Translations under genes and position numbers: made by a program
Shown here: positions 41,413 to 51,412 of the stretch, one piece after another
Numbering within the stretch: the stretch's first letter is position 1
Layout: each line of letters opens with the position of its first letter
Notes under the pieces: generated by a model
Database searches by the model: none
Told to the model about the DNA's origin: nothing
Seen by the model: the letters and a program-made list of their open reading frames with translations, nothing else
Assembly (NCBI GenBank): GCA_965223325.1
Contig: CBDCWI010000002.1
Coordinates: 960,001 to 1,024,000 of the forward strand
Direction: 5' to 3'
Origin: Candidatus Multivoradales bacterium
GTDB taxonomy: Bacteria; Acidobacteriota; Thermoanaerobaculia; Multivoradales; Multivoraceae
DNA length: 64,000 nucleotides

Positions 41413-42418
41413 GGTCTGCTCCGGATCGGGTGGGTTGATGCAGCATCTCGGGGGCCTCGTACTCCGCGCCGCGCCGCTTCCACCCCAGCCCGTTGGCAAG
41501 CGCCTGGAGCTCAAAGGCATCGAACACGTAGCGCAGAGGGAAGCGATAAGGCGCACTACGCTGTTCGTCGCTCAGGCTGGCCCAGGTGCGGGGCGGAAAG
41601 AGCACTGGAGCGTCGGGCTCTCCGGCGGGCAGCTCGGCGTCGACAGACAGCACGACGCTTTGAACTTCAATCTTCGATGGCCCAAGCGCGGCCACGACGT
41701 CAGCCGCCACTGCCTCCGCGGTTGGCTGGTCCGTCTCGGCAACCAGCGCCTGCGCAGGAGGTCGGCCGAGCCGGCGCTCGAGCACGCGCGCCAGGCCTGC
41801 CATGGGAGCGATCCCGACGAAGTGGGTCTCGCTCAATCGCAGCGGCCACCGGCGCCTGATTTCGTTGTAGTGAAAGTAGGTCGCCACCACCGACCCCTCG
41901 GGCAGCTGCTCGAGCTCCTCGAGGCAATGACCGACCGCCTCGACCCCAAAGACCGAAGAGATCTGGGTCGCCAGGTCCTCCGCCTGCGCGCGGCTGCACT
42001 CGACGACGTGAACAGCCGGTGGCCCACTCGTTTCACCCGCGAGATGCGACGCGAGCCGCAGCATCAGCTCATCGGCCGACCAGCCGTGCTGGCGCCGCGC
42101 GCTGGCGACCAGCGAGTCGAGAAACCGATCGCTGGAGGCTCCAGGTGAAGAGTCCGTCTCGGCGGCAGGCCCTGGTGCACTGACGCGGGTCCCCGCACGG
42201 CCCTTCGAGGTCACCAGTCCCTCGCGCGCCAGCTCGGCATAGGCATGGCGGACGGTGTGGAGATGGACACCCCAGGCCTCGGCGGCATCTCTCAAGGTGG
42301 CCAGGCGATCGCCGGGGCCGATTTCGCCGGCCCGGATTCTCGCCCGCAGCTGTTCGGCGATTTGGTGGAAGAGAGGGACAGGGCTCTTCGCGTCGAGCTC
42401 GATCAGTTCATGGCTCAC
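41381..42418 (-). CDS. GntR family transcriptional regulator with long C-terminal domain
   Basis: PLFHQIAEQLRARIRAGE..PGDRL...VHLHTVRHAYAELAREGLV...GTRV. Confidence 0.88.
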   Translation of the reverse strand: MSHELIELDAKSPVPLFHQIAEQLRARIRAGEIGPGDRLATLRDAAEAWGVHLHTVRHAYAELAREGLVTSKGRAGTRVSAPGPAAETDSSPGASSDRFLDSLVASARRQHGWSADELMLRLASHLAGETSGPPAVHVVECSRAQAEDLATQISSVFGVEAVGHCLEELEQLPEGSVVATYFHYNEIRRRWPLRLSETHFVGIAPMAGLARVLERRLGRPPAQALVAETDQPTAEAVAADVVAALGPSKIEVQSVVLSVDAELPAGEPDAPVLFPPRTWASLSDEQRSAPYRFPLRYVFDAFELQALANGLGWKRRGAEYEAPEMLHQPTRSGADHDRVSIDIDP

Positions 42419-42440
42419 TTCGGTGCCCTCAAGGTGGTTC

Positions 42441-42480
42441 ACTACGTTACATATAACGTTACGTAAGAACATAACATAGT
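42441..42480. promoter_or_regulatory. AT-rich nested palindrome, candidate GntR operator
   Basis: ACGTTACATATAACGT lies within ACTACGTTA...TAACATAGT, in the divergent gntR/hydrolase spacer. Confidence 0.55.
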
Positions 42481-42589
42481 TCGGCCGCCAACTTCGTCGA
42501 GAAGAACCAGGAATAGACGAGATTCTGTAGGAATTGATAGTTTGGAGGCCCCGACCAGGGGCCGCGACCACCACACCCGAAGGACCTCC

Positions 42590-43621
42590 ATGCCCCGTGC
42601 CTCGAGCGCCACACCCGCAGCGAACAACCGGCTCGGTCGACTTCAAAGGACCGCGCCAGCCTTCGCCACAGCGCTGTTCTTGGTCGCTTCATCCTCGCTG
42701 GCCACCGAAGAGAAGGCCCTCGACGTGGTGAGGTTCGAGGTCTCGCCCGTGGTATCTCACGACATCGAAGCCCAGGCCGTCGACCAGACCTTCCGCGTCC
42801 AGGTCAAGGTGCCGCCGCACAGACCTCGTAGCAAGCGCCAGTTCGGGGTGCTCTACGTCACTGACGTCAACGCATCGCTCGGCGCTCTGGCGGACGAGGT
42901 GCATCTGATGGGAATGGCCGGCGAGATCCCGTTACTCATCGTCGTTGGCATCGGATACCCCGTCGACAGCACCGCCCAGGCACTGCGCGTCCGCACCCGG
43001 GACCTGACCCCGGTGGCCGACCCGGCCCTCGCCGAGCTGGGGGTCTTCGCGCCCTGGCTCAAGGGAACTCTCAAGCCGTCGCGCCACACCGAAGGCGGCG
43101 GCGCTCGTGACTTTCTCGGTTTCCTTCACCAGGAGCTGTTCCCGTTCATCGAGGCCAACTACCCCGCCAAGAGCGACGACCGGGCCTACTTCGGCGATTC
43201 TCTCGGCGGCCTGTTCGGTCTCTGGGTGCTGCTCGAACGCCCGCAGACCTTCTCACGCTACATCCTGGGCTCACCGTCGACCTGGGTGGCCGACGAGTGG
43301 ATCATGCGAAGGGCCGCAGCCGTCGTGCGTCAGGTGGACGATCTTCCCGCCAAGGTGTTTCTCGGCATCGGCGGCGAAGAAGAAGACGGTGACCTCGCGC
43401 GTTTCGAAATGGTCACCAACCTCGAAGAGCTGCACGCTCAGCTAGAAGGCGCCGATCTCCCCTCACTCGAGGTCACCCGACACGTCTTCCCCGGCGAGAG
43501 TCACCATTCCGTCGTGCTGATGAGCCTGATGCGTGGCTTGCGCGCGGTGTACGAGCCGCAGTCCAACGCCTTGCTCGACGCGATGATCAAAGAGCTCGGG
43601 TCCCGAAGACCTCCTCGCTAG
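42590..43621 (+). CDS. Alpha/beta hydrolase, IroE/BesA-like esterase
   Basis: VVGIGYP, RTRDLTP, GGARDFLGFL, GDSLGG, GESH. Confidence 0.88.
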   Translation: MPRASSATPAANNRLGRLQRTAPAFATALFLVASSSLATEEKALDVVRFEVSPVVSHDIEAQAVDQTFRVQVKVPPHRPRSKRQFGVLYVTDVNASLGALADEVHLMGMAGEIPLLIVVGIGYPVDSTAQALRVRTRDLTPVADPALAELGVFAPWLKGTLKPSRHTEGGGARDFLGFLHQELFPFIEANYPAKSDDRAYFGDSLGGLFGLWVLLERPQTFSRYILGSPSTWVADEWIMRRAAAVVRQVDDLPAKVFLGIGGEEEDGDLARFEMVTNLEELHAQLEGADLPSLEVTRHVFPGESHHSVVLMSLMRGLRAVYEPQSNALLDAMIKELGSRRPPR

Positions 43622-43802
43622 CCACACCCCCCGGCGCCGGTGCGAAACACCGAGAAGCTCCCGACAACGCGAAGAGGCCATCAAGGCCCACCTATCCTGG
43701 GCTATCTGGTTGGCTCGATATTGCGGTGCGCTCATATGTTTGACTCGCAACGACCGCTGCGGGAGCCTGAGGACCCGTTCCATTTCATCTAAGGAGATTC
43801 TC

Positions 43803-43970
43803 ATGACGAACGCCCCCAAACAGGCGACCTGGTGGGTCGCGGTCATCCTCGGTGGTCTCGGTGTGCTCGCCAGCTTCGTTGCCATCCCGACTTTGTCGGC
43901 CTATTCGAGCTGGTTGGTGATCCTGGGCTTCGCGATCCTGGCGATCGCAACGGTCGTCAAGGGCCTCTAG
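43803..43970 (+). CDS. Small two-TM membrane protein
   Basis: AAGGAG RBS; 55 aa, hydrophobic, ending KGL. Confidence 0.75.
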   Translation: MTNAPKQATWWVAVILGGLGVLASFVAIPTLSAYSSWLVILGFAILAIATVVKGL

Positions 43971-44174
43971 CAGATTCCGCCGTCGAGGCGTGGCGGTCTC
44001 CGACTTCATGGGGTTCCATGAGGTCGCGGGCCGCCCTCTGCTGCTCCAGAGGGTTTCGCGTTGTAGGGGTCCTATGTAGAGCGTCCTGTAACGTGACGGA
44101 CGTTCACACACCCGGAGCCCTGGGCAATCCCCTCGTCGAGGTCCAGGCTTGCCGCCTCGACGTCAGGCTTGGAG

Positions 44175-45836
44175 ATGCAGATGATCGTCGCACTTTCCCC
44201 GTTCAGCCGGCCCATTCGGCAGGTCGGCCTGCTCCTCGCTGTCCTGCTCGCGTCTCAGACCTTCAGCGGGGCGCAAGAACCGGTCGACTACGCCCGCGAT
44301 ATCCAGCCGATCCTCCTCGACTACTGCGTCGCCTGCCACGGCGCCAACGAGAGAACTCGCGAGGCCGACCTGCGCCTCGACGTAAAACAAGGAGCGTTTC
44401 GCGACCTCGGAGGTTACGCGGCCATCGCACCGGGCAAGCCGGAGGAGAGTGCGGTCTATCTGCGCATTGCCGCCGAAACTGCTGAAGAACGCATGCCGCC
44501 CTACACCTCGGGCTTCGAGCTCGAGCCGGAACATGTCGACTTGATTCGGCGCTGGATCGAAGAGGGTGCCAAGTGGCCGGACGCCCCGGTCGCGAGCAGC
44601 GCACCAGCCCAGCGACGGCGGGCGCCAGGGCTACCTGCGGTCGAGCTGCCCGATGAATTCTTGATCAACACCCATGACATCGAAGAGGTGCGGGTGGTGG
44701 TCGTAGCGCGCGGGCTTTCGCATCCTTGGTCGTTGGCCTTCCTGCCGCGGGGCGACATGTTGGTCACCGAACGCTCGGGGAGCCTGCGCCAGATCGAAGA
44801 CGGCGTGCTGGTTCCCGAACCGATCGCCGGCGTACCGACCGACGTCGTCGCCAAGGGCCTCGCCGGCATGATGGAAGTGGCCGTCCATCCCGATTTCGAA
44901 ACCAACCGCTACATCTACCTCACCTACACCCGCGCGCTCCCGAACGGTCCTGGAACCGTGGCGCTGGTACGCGGCCGCCTCGAGCGTGCCGAGCGACCGG
45001 GCGGGGCTCGAAGGCTCGTCGACGTCGAAGACCTCTTCGTCGCCGATCCCTGGGCCGGCAACGTCAGTGACACCGTCGCGGCAGCTTCGGGTACCGCGCG
45101 GGCGACCGCCGCTGCTCGTCTCGCTTTCGCCCCTGATGGCACCCTGTTCATGACCATGGGGGGTGCCTTCGGTGTCGAGCGCGACGACGGCACCCACAGT
45201 TTCGGCGGCAATGCGATGCTGGCCCAGGACCCCAACAGTCACGCCGGCAAACTCCTCCACCTCAACGACGATGGCACACCCGCCGCCGGCAATCCGTTCA
45301 TCGGCAAGCCGGGCCACAAACCCGAGATCTACTCGCTCGGCCACCGCAACCAGCAGGGCCTCGCCCTACACCCGACGACCCATGTGCCGTTTGCGGTCGA
45401 GCACGGGCCCCAGGGCGGCGACGAACTCAACGCCATCGAAGCCGGCGGCAACTACGGCTGGCCGGTGGTTTCCTACGGGCGTCACTACGATGGCCCGCGG
45501 ATCGCCAAGCAGTGGTGGCGCGAAGGCATGAAGCAGCCCGCGGTTCTCTGGGTGCCGTCGGTCGCGCCGTCGGGACTCGCCTTCTACACCGGCGACCGCT
45601 TCCCAGAGTGGAAGGGCAACCTGTTCGTGGGCGCGCTCATGGAAGGTCGAGTACCGGGCACCGGTCACCTCGAGCGCATCGTCCTCAACGAGCGCGGCGA
45701 GGAGCTGCGACGCGAGAGCCTGCTCTCCGAGTGGCGGCAACGCATTCGCGACGTGCGCCAGGGCCCTGACGGCCTGCTCTACCTGCTGACGGAAGAAAAC
45801 GAAGCGACCCTCCTGCGCCTCGAACCGGTCGACTAG
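44175..45836 (+). CDS. PQQ-dependent sugar dehydrogenase (GSDH) with N-terminal planctomycete-type cytochrome c domain
   Basis: VDYARDIQPIL..CVACHG...RMPP...WIEEGAKW, then LSHPWSLAFLP, GHRNQQG, EHGPQGGDELN, RIRDVRQGPDG. Confidence 0.9.
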   Translation: MQMIVALSPFSRPIRQVGLLLAVLLASQTFSGAQEPVDYARDIQPILLDYCVACHGANERTREADLRLDVKQGAFRDLGGYAAIAPGKPEESAVYLRIAAETAEERMPPYTSGFELEPEHVDLIRRWIEEGAKWPDAPVASSAPAQRRRAPGLPAVELPDEFLINTHDIEEVRVVVVARGLSHPWSLAFLPRGDMLVTERSGSLRQIEDGVLVPEPIAGVPTDVVAKGLAGMMEVAVHPDFETNRYIYLTYTRALPNGPGTVALVRGRLERAERPGGARRLVDVEDLFVADPWAGNVSDTVAAASGTARATAAARLAFAPDGTLFMTMGGAFGVERDDGTHSFGGNAMLAQDPNSHAGKLLHLNDDGTPAAGNPFIGKPGHKPEIYSLGHRNQQGLALHPTTHVPFAVEHGPQGGDELNAIEAGGNYGWPVVSYGRHYDGPRIAKQWWREGMKQPAVLWVPSVAPSGLAFYTGDRFPEWKGNLFVGALMEGRVPGTGHLERIVLNERGEELRRESLLSEWRQRIRDVRQGPDGLLYLLTEENEATLLRLEPVD

Positions 45837-46028
45837 CGAAGCTGGCGCTCGAAACGCGGGCCCAGCGGAGTATCGCTGGCCGAAAAAAGGGGGGCACGGG
45901 GTGATTCGGACACCTGGGAGGTCAACGCACCCTCACATGCTCCGCCAGGGCCCTCTGTGCCCATGGGCTACCATCCACTGCGATCACTGTTCCCCGCAAC
46001 CGCAGAACAACCGAGAAGAGTGAGCCCG

Positions 46029-46985
46029 ATGCAACGATTCGGCATGTCGATCCCTTTTGAAATCCCGCTCCACCAGCACAGAGACCTGTTCTCGAAAATG
46101 GTCGACATGGGGTACACCGACTTCTGGTCCTCCGAAGCCAACGGCAGCGACGGCTTCACGCCTCTCGCCCTGGCAGCGGCCTGGGCACCGACGGCGCGCC
46201 TCGGCGTCGCCATCATCCCGGCCTACACGCGTGGCCCCGCACTGATGGCAATGACCGTCGCCGCAATGGCGGAAGCCGCGCCGGGACGGTTCGTGATGGG
46301 TGTCGGCACCTCGTCGAACGTCATCGTCGAGCGCTGGAACGACGTCGCCTTCGAGCGCCCCTACTACAAGGCGCGCGACATGGTGCGCTTCCTCAAGAAG
46401 GCACTCGCGGGCGAGAAGGTCGACGAAGACTTCGACACCTTTCGGGTGCGCGGCTTTCGCCTCGCCCGCAAGGTCAAGCAACGACCACCCATCCTGCTGG
46501 CCGCGCTCCGCCAGGGAATGTTGCGCCTCGCGGGGCGCGAAGCCGACGGTGCGATTCTCAATTGGCTCTCGGCCGAAGACGTGAAGACCGTGACGCCTTA
46601 TGTTCACGAGGGCGGCGAAGGCAAAGAGATCGCCTGCCGCATCTTCGTCATCCCGAGCGCCGATCGCGAGCTCGCGCTCACCATCGGCCGGCGCGCGACC
46701 GCTGCCTACTTGAACGTACCGGTCTATGCCAGCTTCCATGAGTGGCTCGGGCGGAGCGACGACTTGCGCGGCATGTGGGACGCCTGGAAGGCAGGCGATC
46801 GCAAGCTGGCGCTCGAGAAGATCCCCGACGAAGTCGTCGACGCCCTGATCGTCAACGGCAGCCCGGCCGAGTGCCGCGACAAGATTCAGGAGTATGTCGC
46901 AGCGGGCGTCCACACGCCGGCAGTCTCACTTCTCCATCCCGGCGATGACCTCGACACCACTCTCGCCGAGCTGGTGCCGCGCTGA
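46029..46985 (+). CDS. LLM-class oxidoreductase, probably F420-dependent
   Basis: DGFTPLALAA, LGVAIIPAYTRGP, GRFVMGVGTSS, ADGAILNW. Confidence 0.88.
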   Translation: MQRFGMSIPFEIPLHQHRDLFSKMVDMGYTDFWSSEANGSDGFTPLALAAAWAPTARLGVAIIPAYTRGPALMAMTVAAMAEAAPGRFVMGVGTSSNVIVERWNDVAFERPYYKARDMVRFLKKALAGEKVDEDFDTFRVRGFRLARKVKQRPPILLAALRQGMLRLAGREADGAILNWLSAEDVKTVTPYVHEGGEGKEIACRIFVIPSADRELALTIGRRATAAYLNVPVYASFHEWLGRSDDLRGMWDAWKAGDRKLALEKIPDEVVDALIVNGSPAECRDKIQEYVAAGVHTPAVSLLHPGDDLDTTLAELVPR

Positions 46986-47003
46986 GCTCGTAGCGGTGCT
47001 TCG

Positions 47004-48053
47004 CTACGCCTCCTCTTCTCCGACGGTCTCGAGGAGACTGTCGCGGTAGCTCTCGAGGTTGACCAGCCGGGTCTCGAGGCGCTCGCGCTCCTCGGGCTCT
47101 TGGACCTCAGCGAGACGTTTCTTGAGGCTGTCGAGCTCGTGCTCGATGGCGGTGACCAGATCGCGCATCATCTGCAGCGAGGCAGCCTGCTCGGCCTTCT
47201 CGAACATGATCGCCTCCGGAGCGGTGTCAGCGACGTCTTCGACCACGCTGGTCTCGGGCGTGTACATGACCGGGCGGGAACCGATGGCTCGGTGGTTCGC
47301 AAACATCGGCGACACGATCTCGATCCCGGACGCGTGCAACGCGTCGAGCATCTTCTTGCGCAGGGTCGAACGGCGCGACACCAGTTCCTTGGTGTCGCGC
47401 ATGAGGCCCGCCAGGCGATACGAGATCGAATAGTCACCCAGTTCGGTCACGCTGACGAAGGCGTCGTCGAGCAAGCAATCGCTTGCTGCCTCGAGAAGAA
47501 TCCGCTCGACTTCGGTGCGCGGCGCATCGTAGCCGAGTGAAACCGTAGCCGAGAGAATCGTGCCGTCGCCGTTGACCACTTTGACCGGGTTGGTGACCAG
47601 GAAAAGGTTCGGCAGGGTCGTCAGGTCGCGGTCTTCGGTCTGAATCTCGGTATGGAAGAAGCCACGTTCCGACACCCGCCCGAAGTGACCGCTGACCGAC
47701 AGAAAGTCACCGATGCGGAAGTTGTTGAGCGAGCGCAGCATCATGCCGGCCATCAGGTTGCCGAGAAAAGTCGTCGATGAAAGGGCAATGGCAGCCGACA
47801 GCAAAAGGCCGATGAACTGCAGCACCTGGCCGCGCGTCGAACCGTCGAGTGGCATCGAGACCACGATGGCGAGAAAGAGAAGCGCGGCGAAGGCAAACAG
47901 CAAGAGCTGGACGCGCATTCGCAGTTCGGGACGCAAGCGCACCCGTCGCTCGAGAGACATCGCCAGGACCCGGTAGGCGATGTAGCCGACGATCGCAACC
48001 ATGACCGGCCGCAACCAGGGCAACAACTGCGCAACCAACTCCTGACTTTCCAT
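47004..48053 (-). CDS. MscS-family mechanosensitive channel
   Basis: Three TM helices, FRIGDF, FGRVSERG, VSLGYD, coiled-coil tail. Confidence 0.9.
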   Translation of the reverse strand: MESQELVAQLLPWLRPVMVAIVGYIAYRVLAMSLERRVRLRPELRMRVQLLLFAFAALLFLAIVVSMPLDGSTRGQVLQFIGLLLSAAIALSSTTFLGNLMAGMMLRSLNNFRIGDFLSVSGHFGRVSERGFFHTEIQTEDRDLTTLPNLFLVTNPVKVVNGDGTILSATVSLGYDAPRTEVERILLEAASDCLLDDAFVSVTELGDYSISYRLAGLMRDTKELVSRRSTLRKKMLDALHASGIEIVSPMFANHRAIGSRPVMYTPETSVVEDVADTAPEAIMFEKAEQAASLQMMRDLVTAIEHELDSLKKRLAEVQEPEERERLETRLVNLESYRDSLLETVGEEEA

Positions 48054-48083
48054 CGCCGGAGAGCTTAACCCGCTTTCGCGCTC

Positions 48084-49829
48084 TCAGCTTTCGCTTCTAC
48101 CCAGGCGCTCGAGAGCAGCGGCTCGCAGCGAACGCTTCATCGTCTTGCCGTTGGCATTGCGGGGGAAGTGCTCATGGGTCAGGTGCCACTCCTTGGGCAC
48201 CTTGAACTTCGCGATCCGCGCCGCCAACCATTCGGCGAGCCCTGCGGAACTCGCCTCGCCGATCACGGTTTCGCCTCGCAGTTGCACCGACGCCGCGACC
48301 TCCTCGCCAAGCACTCGATCAGGAACTCCATAGACCGCTGCGTCCAGAACGTCTGGATGCTCGAAGAGAGCCGCCTCGACCTCGACGCAGTAGATGTTCT
48401 CGCCACCCCGAATCACCATGTCCTTGGCCCGGTCGACAATGGTGATGAAACCATCTTCGTCCATCGTGGCCAGGTCACCCGTGTGCAGCCAACCCTCGGT
48501 GAACGCCTCGGCGGTCGCCTCGGGTTTGTTCCAGTAGCCCTTGATGACGTTCGCACCGTGTAGCCAGAGCTCACCAGTTTCACCGCGCGGGAGCTCTTCG
48601 CCGTTCACATCGACGATCTTGCCAACGCACACCGGCACCGTAGGGCCGCAGCTCGCTGGCTTCAGGGCGTAGGTATCGCCGGCGTTACTCGACGAAACGG
48701 CCGAGGTCTCGGTCAGGCCGTAGCCGTTCGAAGGTGTGGCGTCCGGAAAGTGTTCCTGGAGGCGTCGCACGAGCTCGGGAGCAGCCGGCGCGCCGCCGTA
48801 GCCGATACGCAAGACACTCGAAGTGTCGGTGGTGCCAAAGGTCTCGCACTCGAGAACCTTCCACACCAGGGTTGGCACACCGCCGAAGCCGGTGATCTTC
48901 TCGCGCTCGATGATGCGCAGGGTTTCGTCGGGATCGAAGCGATAGACGAGCACCAGCTTGGCGCCGTTGGCAAGCGCCGGCACCATGGTCGAGTGGCAGC
49001 CAGTAACGTGAAACAGCGGCACCGAAAGAAGCGACGCGTAGTCGACGTCTGGGGGCTCGATGCCTTTGCGCAACTCGCCGCGCGCTTTGAGGAACTGGAG
49101 CGTTCGCACATTCGTGCATATGTTGCGATGGGTGCCGAGAGCGCCCTTGGGGAAACCGGTCGTTCCCGAGGTGTAGAAGATCGTCGCATCGTCGTCGGGC
49201 TCGAGGTCGACGCCAGGAAGCATCTCCCCCGCGCCGTCTACACCGCCGGGCCCTTCACCGAGGAGCTCTTCGCCGAGGAAGTCGGCCCAGTGCTCCACCC
49301 CGCAGTCTTCGCCACCTTCGGGTAGGTCATCTGTGCGAACCGCGACCACCCGGCGCACGTCGAGGTCGTCGAGATGTGGGGCAATGCGCTCGAGACGCTC
49401 GCCGTCGGCGACTAGAACGACGGCTCCCGAATCGGACAGGCCGTAGTGCATCTCTTCGCCCGTCCACCACGCATTGAGCGGTACAACGATCGCCCCGAGA
49501 CTGGTGGCGGCAAAGAAGGTCACCACCCACTCCGGGTAGTTGCGCATCGCGATCGCCACCCGATCACCCTTCGCGACTCCTGCGCGCGCCTCGAGCGCAC
49601 GCGCCGCCCGCACGACGAGCCGATAGTGTTCTTGAAACGTCAGCCGCTCATCTTCGTAGACCAACCAGGTGCCATCGCCGTAGGAGCGACTGTTCTCGAG
49701 GATTGCCCGCAGCGTTGGTGGTTGTCCCGACCAGGTGCGGGTTGGAATGCCGCGAATGTTCTCGACCTTGATCTCGAACTCGGCGCCGGGAGCAGTCAGG
49801 AGGCGGTCCGCCTCGGCGAGCGAAGTCAC
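48084..49829 (-). CDS. Long-chain acyl-CoA ligase (ANL superfamily)
   Basis: YTSGTTGFPKG, GYGLTE, LHTGD, RAKDMVIRGGENI, NGK. Confidence 0.94.
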   Translation of the reverse strand: MTSLAEADRLLTAPGAEFEIKVENIRGIPTRTWSGQPPTLRAILENSRSYGDGTWLVYEDERLTFQEHYRLVVRAARALEARAGVAKGDRVAIAMRNYPEWVVTFFAATSLGAIVVPLNAWWTGEEMHYGLSDSGAVVLVADGERLERIAPHLDDLDVRRVVAVRTDDLPEGGEDCGVEHWADFLGEELLGEGPGGVDGAGEMLPGVDLEPDDDATIFYTSGTTGFPKGALGTHRNICTNVRTLQFLKARGELRKGIEPPDVDYASLLSVPLFHVTGCHSTMVPALANGAKLVLVYRFDPDETLRIIEREKITGFGGVPTLVWKVLECETFGTTDTSSVLRIGYGGAPAAPELVRRLQEHFPDATPSNGYGLTETSAVSSSNAGDTYALKPASCGPTVPVCVGKIVDVNGEELPRGETGELWLHGANVIKGYWNKPEATAEAFTEGWLHTGDLATMDEDGFITIVDRAKDMVIRGGENIYCVEVEAALFEHPDVLDAAVYGVPDRVLGEEVAASVQLRGETVIGEASSAGLAEWLAARIAKFKVPKEWHLTHEHFPRNANGKTMKRSLRAAALERLGRSES

Positions 49830-49842
49830 CGCTGCCCTCTCT

Positions 49843-50448
49843 CTACGCCTTGGCGCTCGGGCGGGCGGACACTTCCTCGTGCCAGCGCTTCAGGTTCTGG
49901 TGCTCGTCGATACCGATCTTCGAAACACGCCCGAAGTCGATCCCGATGAGCGCCGTGATGTCGGCAATCGAAAACTCTGAACCCGCAATGAACGGGCGAT
50001 CGGCGACCACCCCATCGAGCCACGCCAGCCGCTTCTCGGCCTGGCGTCGACTGACTTCGGCGTACTCGGCGACCTGCTCCAAGCGCTCCTTGAAGAATGG
50101 ATGCCCGTTTCGAAACACCATCATGATCGGTATGGCCACCTCGTGTTCCATGCGCCGATTCCACATCTCGACCACTGCCCGATCCCGGGCGTCTCGTCCC
50201 ATGAGTGGCGGATCGGGGTGCGTCTCTTCGAAGTAGCGGCAAATGGCCACCGACTCGGCCAACCACGTCCCGTCGTCCATCTCGAGAATCGGCAGGGTGC
50301 CCATTGGGTTGCGCTCGATATAGGGCGAGCGCCGGTTCTCCATACCAGGCAGGTCGACCTGGACGGTGGGAACGTCGATCCCTTTCTCGGCTAGAAAGAT
50401 CCGTACACGGCGACAGTTGGGGGCGGTTTCGGCTTCGTGCAGTTTCAT
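49843..50448 (-). CDS. Glutathione S-transferase
   Basis: APNCRRVRIFLAEKG, NPMGTLPILE, ESVAICRYFE, FSIADI. Confidence 0.92.
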   Translation of the reverse strand: MKLHEAETAPNCRRVRIFLAEKGIDVPTVQVDLPGMENRRSPYIERNPMGTLPILEMDDGTWLAESVAICRYFEETHPDPPLMGRDARDRAVVEMWNRRMEHEVAIPIMMVFRNGHPFFKERLEQVAEYAEVSRRQAEKRLAWLDGVVADRPFIAGSEFSIADITALIGIDFGRVSKIGIDEHQNLKRWHEEVSARPSAKA

Positions 50449-50822
50449 CGTCTTCCTTCCTCGCGAACGCGCGACCCCTGGAGGGGGGCGCTGGTACCGC
50501 GTCGTCGTCCCGACCACCTGAGCTGTGGCGGCGAGCAGCGGCGTAACGGTCACGGGTCATCTGGTCACTTCGGAGCGAGGTGGACTCTACCGTGTCTCCC
50601 CTCAGGCCCCCTTCGGCGCTCGATTCTGGCCTTCTTCCGGCAACTCCTGTGGCTGCCGGGTCTTGCGCCTGGATTTGCTATTGCGCCATAATCGACCCTG
50701 CTCAGACCCCCCGGTCGCGAGCCTTTCAACGTCACGACGGTTTGCCTTCCCCTCCGCTCCCAAGCCCCAACCCGGGTTTTCCTGCCCAATCAACGCCTGC
50801 AATCCAAGTCCCGAGGTTCCCC

Positions 50823-51281
50823 ATGCGCAAAGCCGCCTCCCTTTCTGTCCGATCGGTTTCTCTCCTACTGATGGCCTTCGCTGGTCTCCTCCTGGCATCA
50901 ACATCCAGCGCCGCCGCACAGTGCACCGAGAGCGACACCGTGCGTTGCCTCCAGGACGGTCGTTTTGCCGTTGAAGTGGCATGGAAAGATCCCGACGCAC
51001 AGGAAGGTGCGGGCCACGTCGTCGACACCGGCCAGGTGGATTCCGATGACTCCGCCCTCTTCTGGTTCTTCACCGAGACCAACTGGGAACTGCTCGTCAA
51101 GATCCTCGACGGCTGCAATCTCAACGAGCGCTTCTGGGTCTTCTCGGCGGCGACCACCGATGTCGAGTACACGCTCACGATCACCGACACCGAAGCGGAC
51201 GAAACCCGAACCTGGAAGAACCCACTCGGCCAGCGCTCGGACGCGGTAACTGACACCGCCGCTTTCGCCACCTGCCCGTAG
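50823..51281 (+). CDS. Small secreted protein consisting only of the 'GRF.V.V.W...FWFF...NWE.LVK.LDGC' domain
   Basis: Signal peptide followed by a domain homologous to the C-terminus of 6923..8389. Confidence 0.8.
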   Translation: MRKAASLSVRSVSLLLMAFAGLLLASTSSAAAQCTESDTVRCLQDGRFAVEVAWKDPDAQEGAGHVVDTGQVDSDDSALFWFFTETNWELLVKILDGCNLNERFWVFSAATTDVEYTLTITDTEADETRTWKNPLGQRSDAVTDTAAFATCP

Positions 51282-51412
51282 GCAGCGAAGCGCCTGCCGG
51301 TTGCGACGCGCGCGGACGATCCCGTAGTCTGGCCGCCGCCCGCCCAGTTCGTTCTGGCTGCGGGCTGGAACGATCGAGAACCGGGGCAGCCGTGCGCCAG
51401 CGAGGGTAGGAC

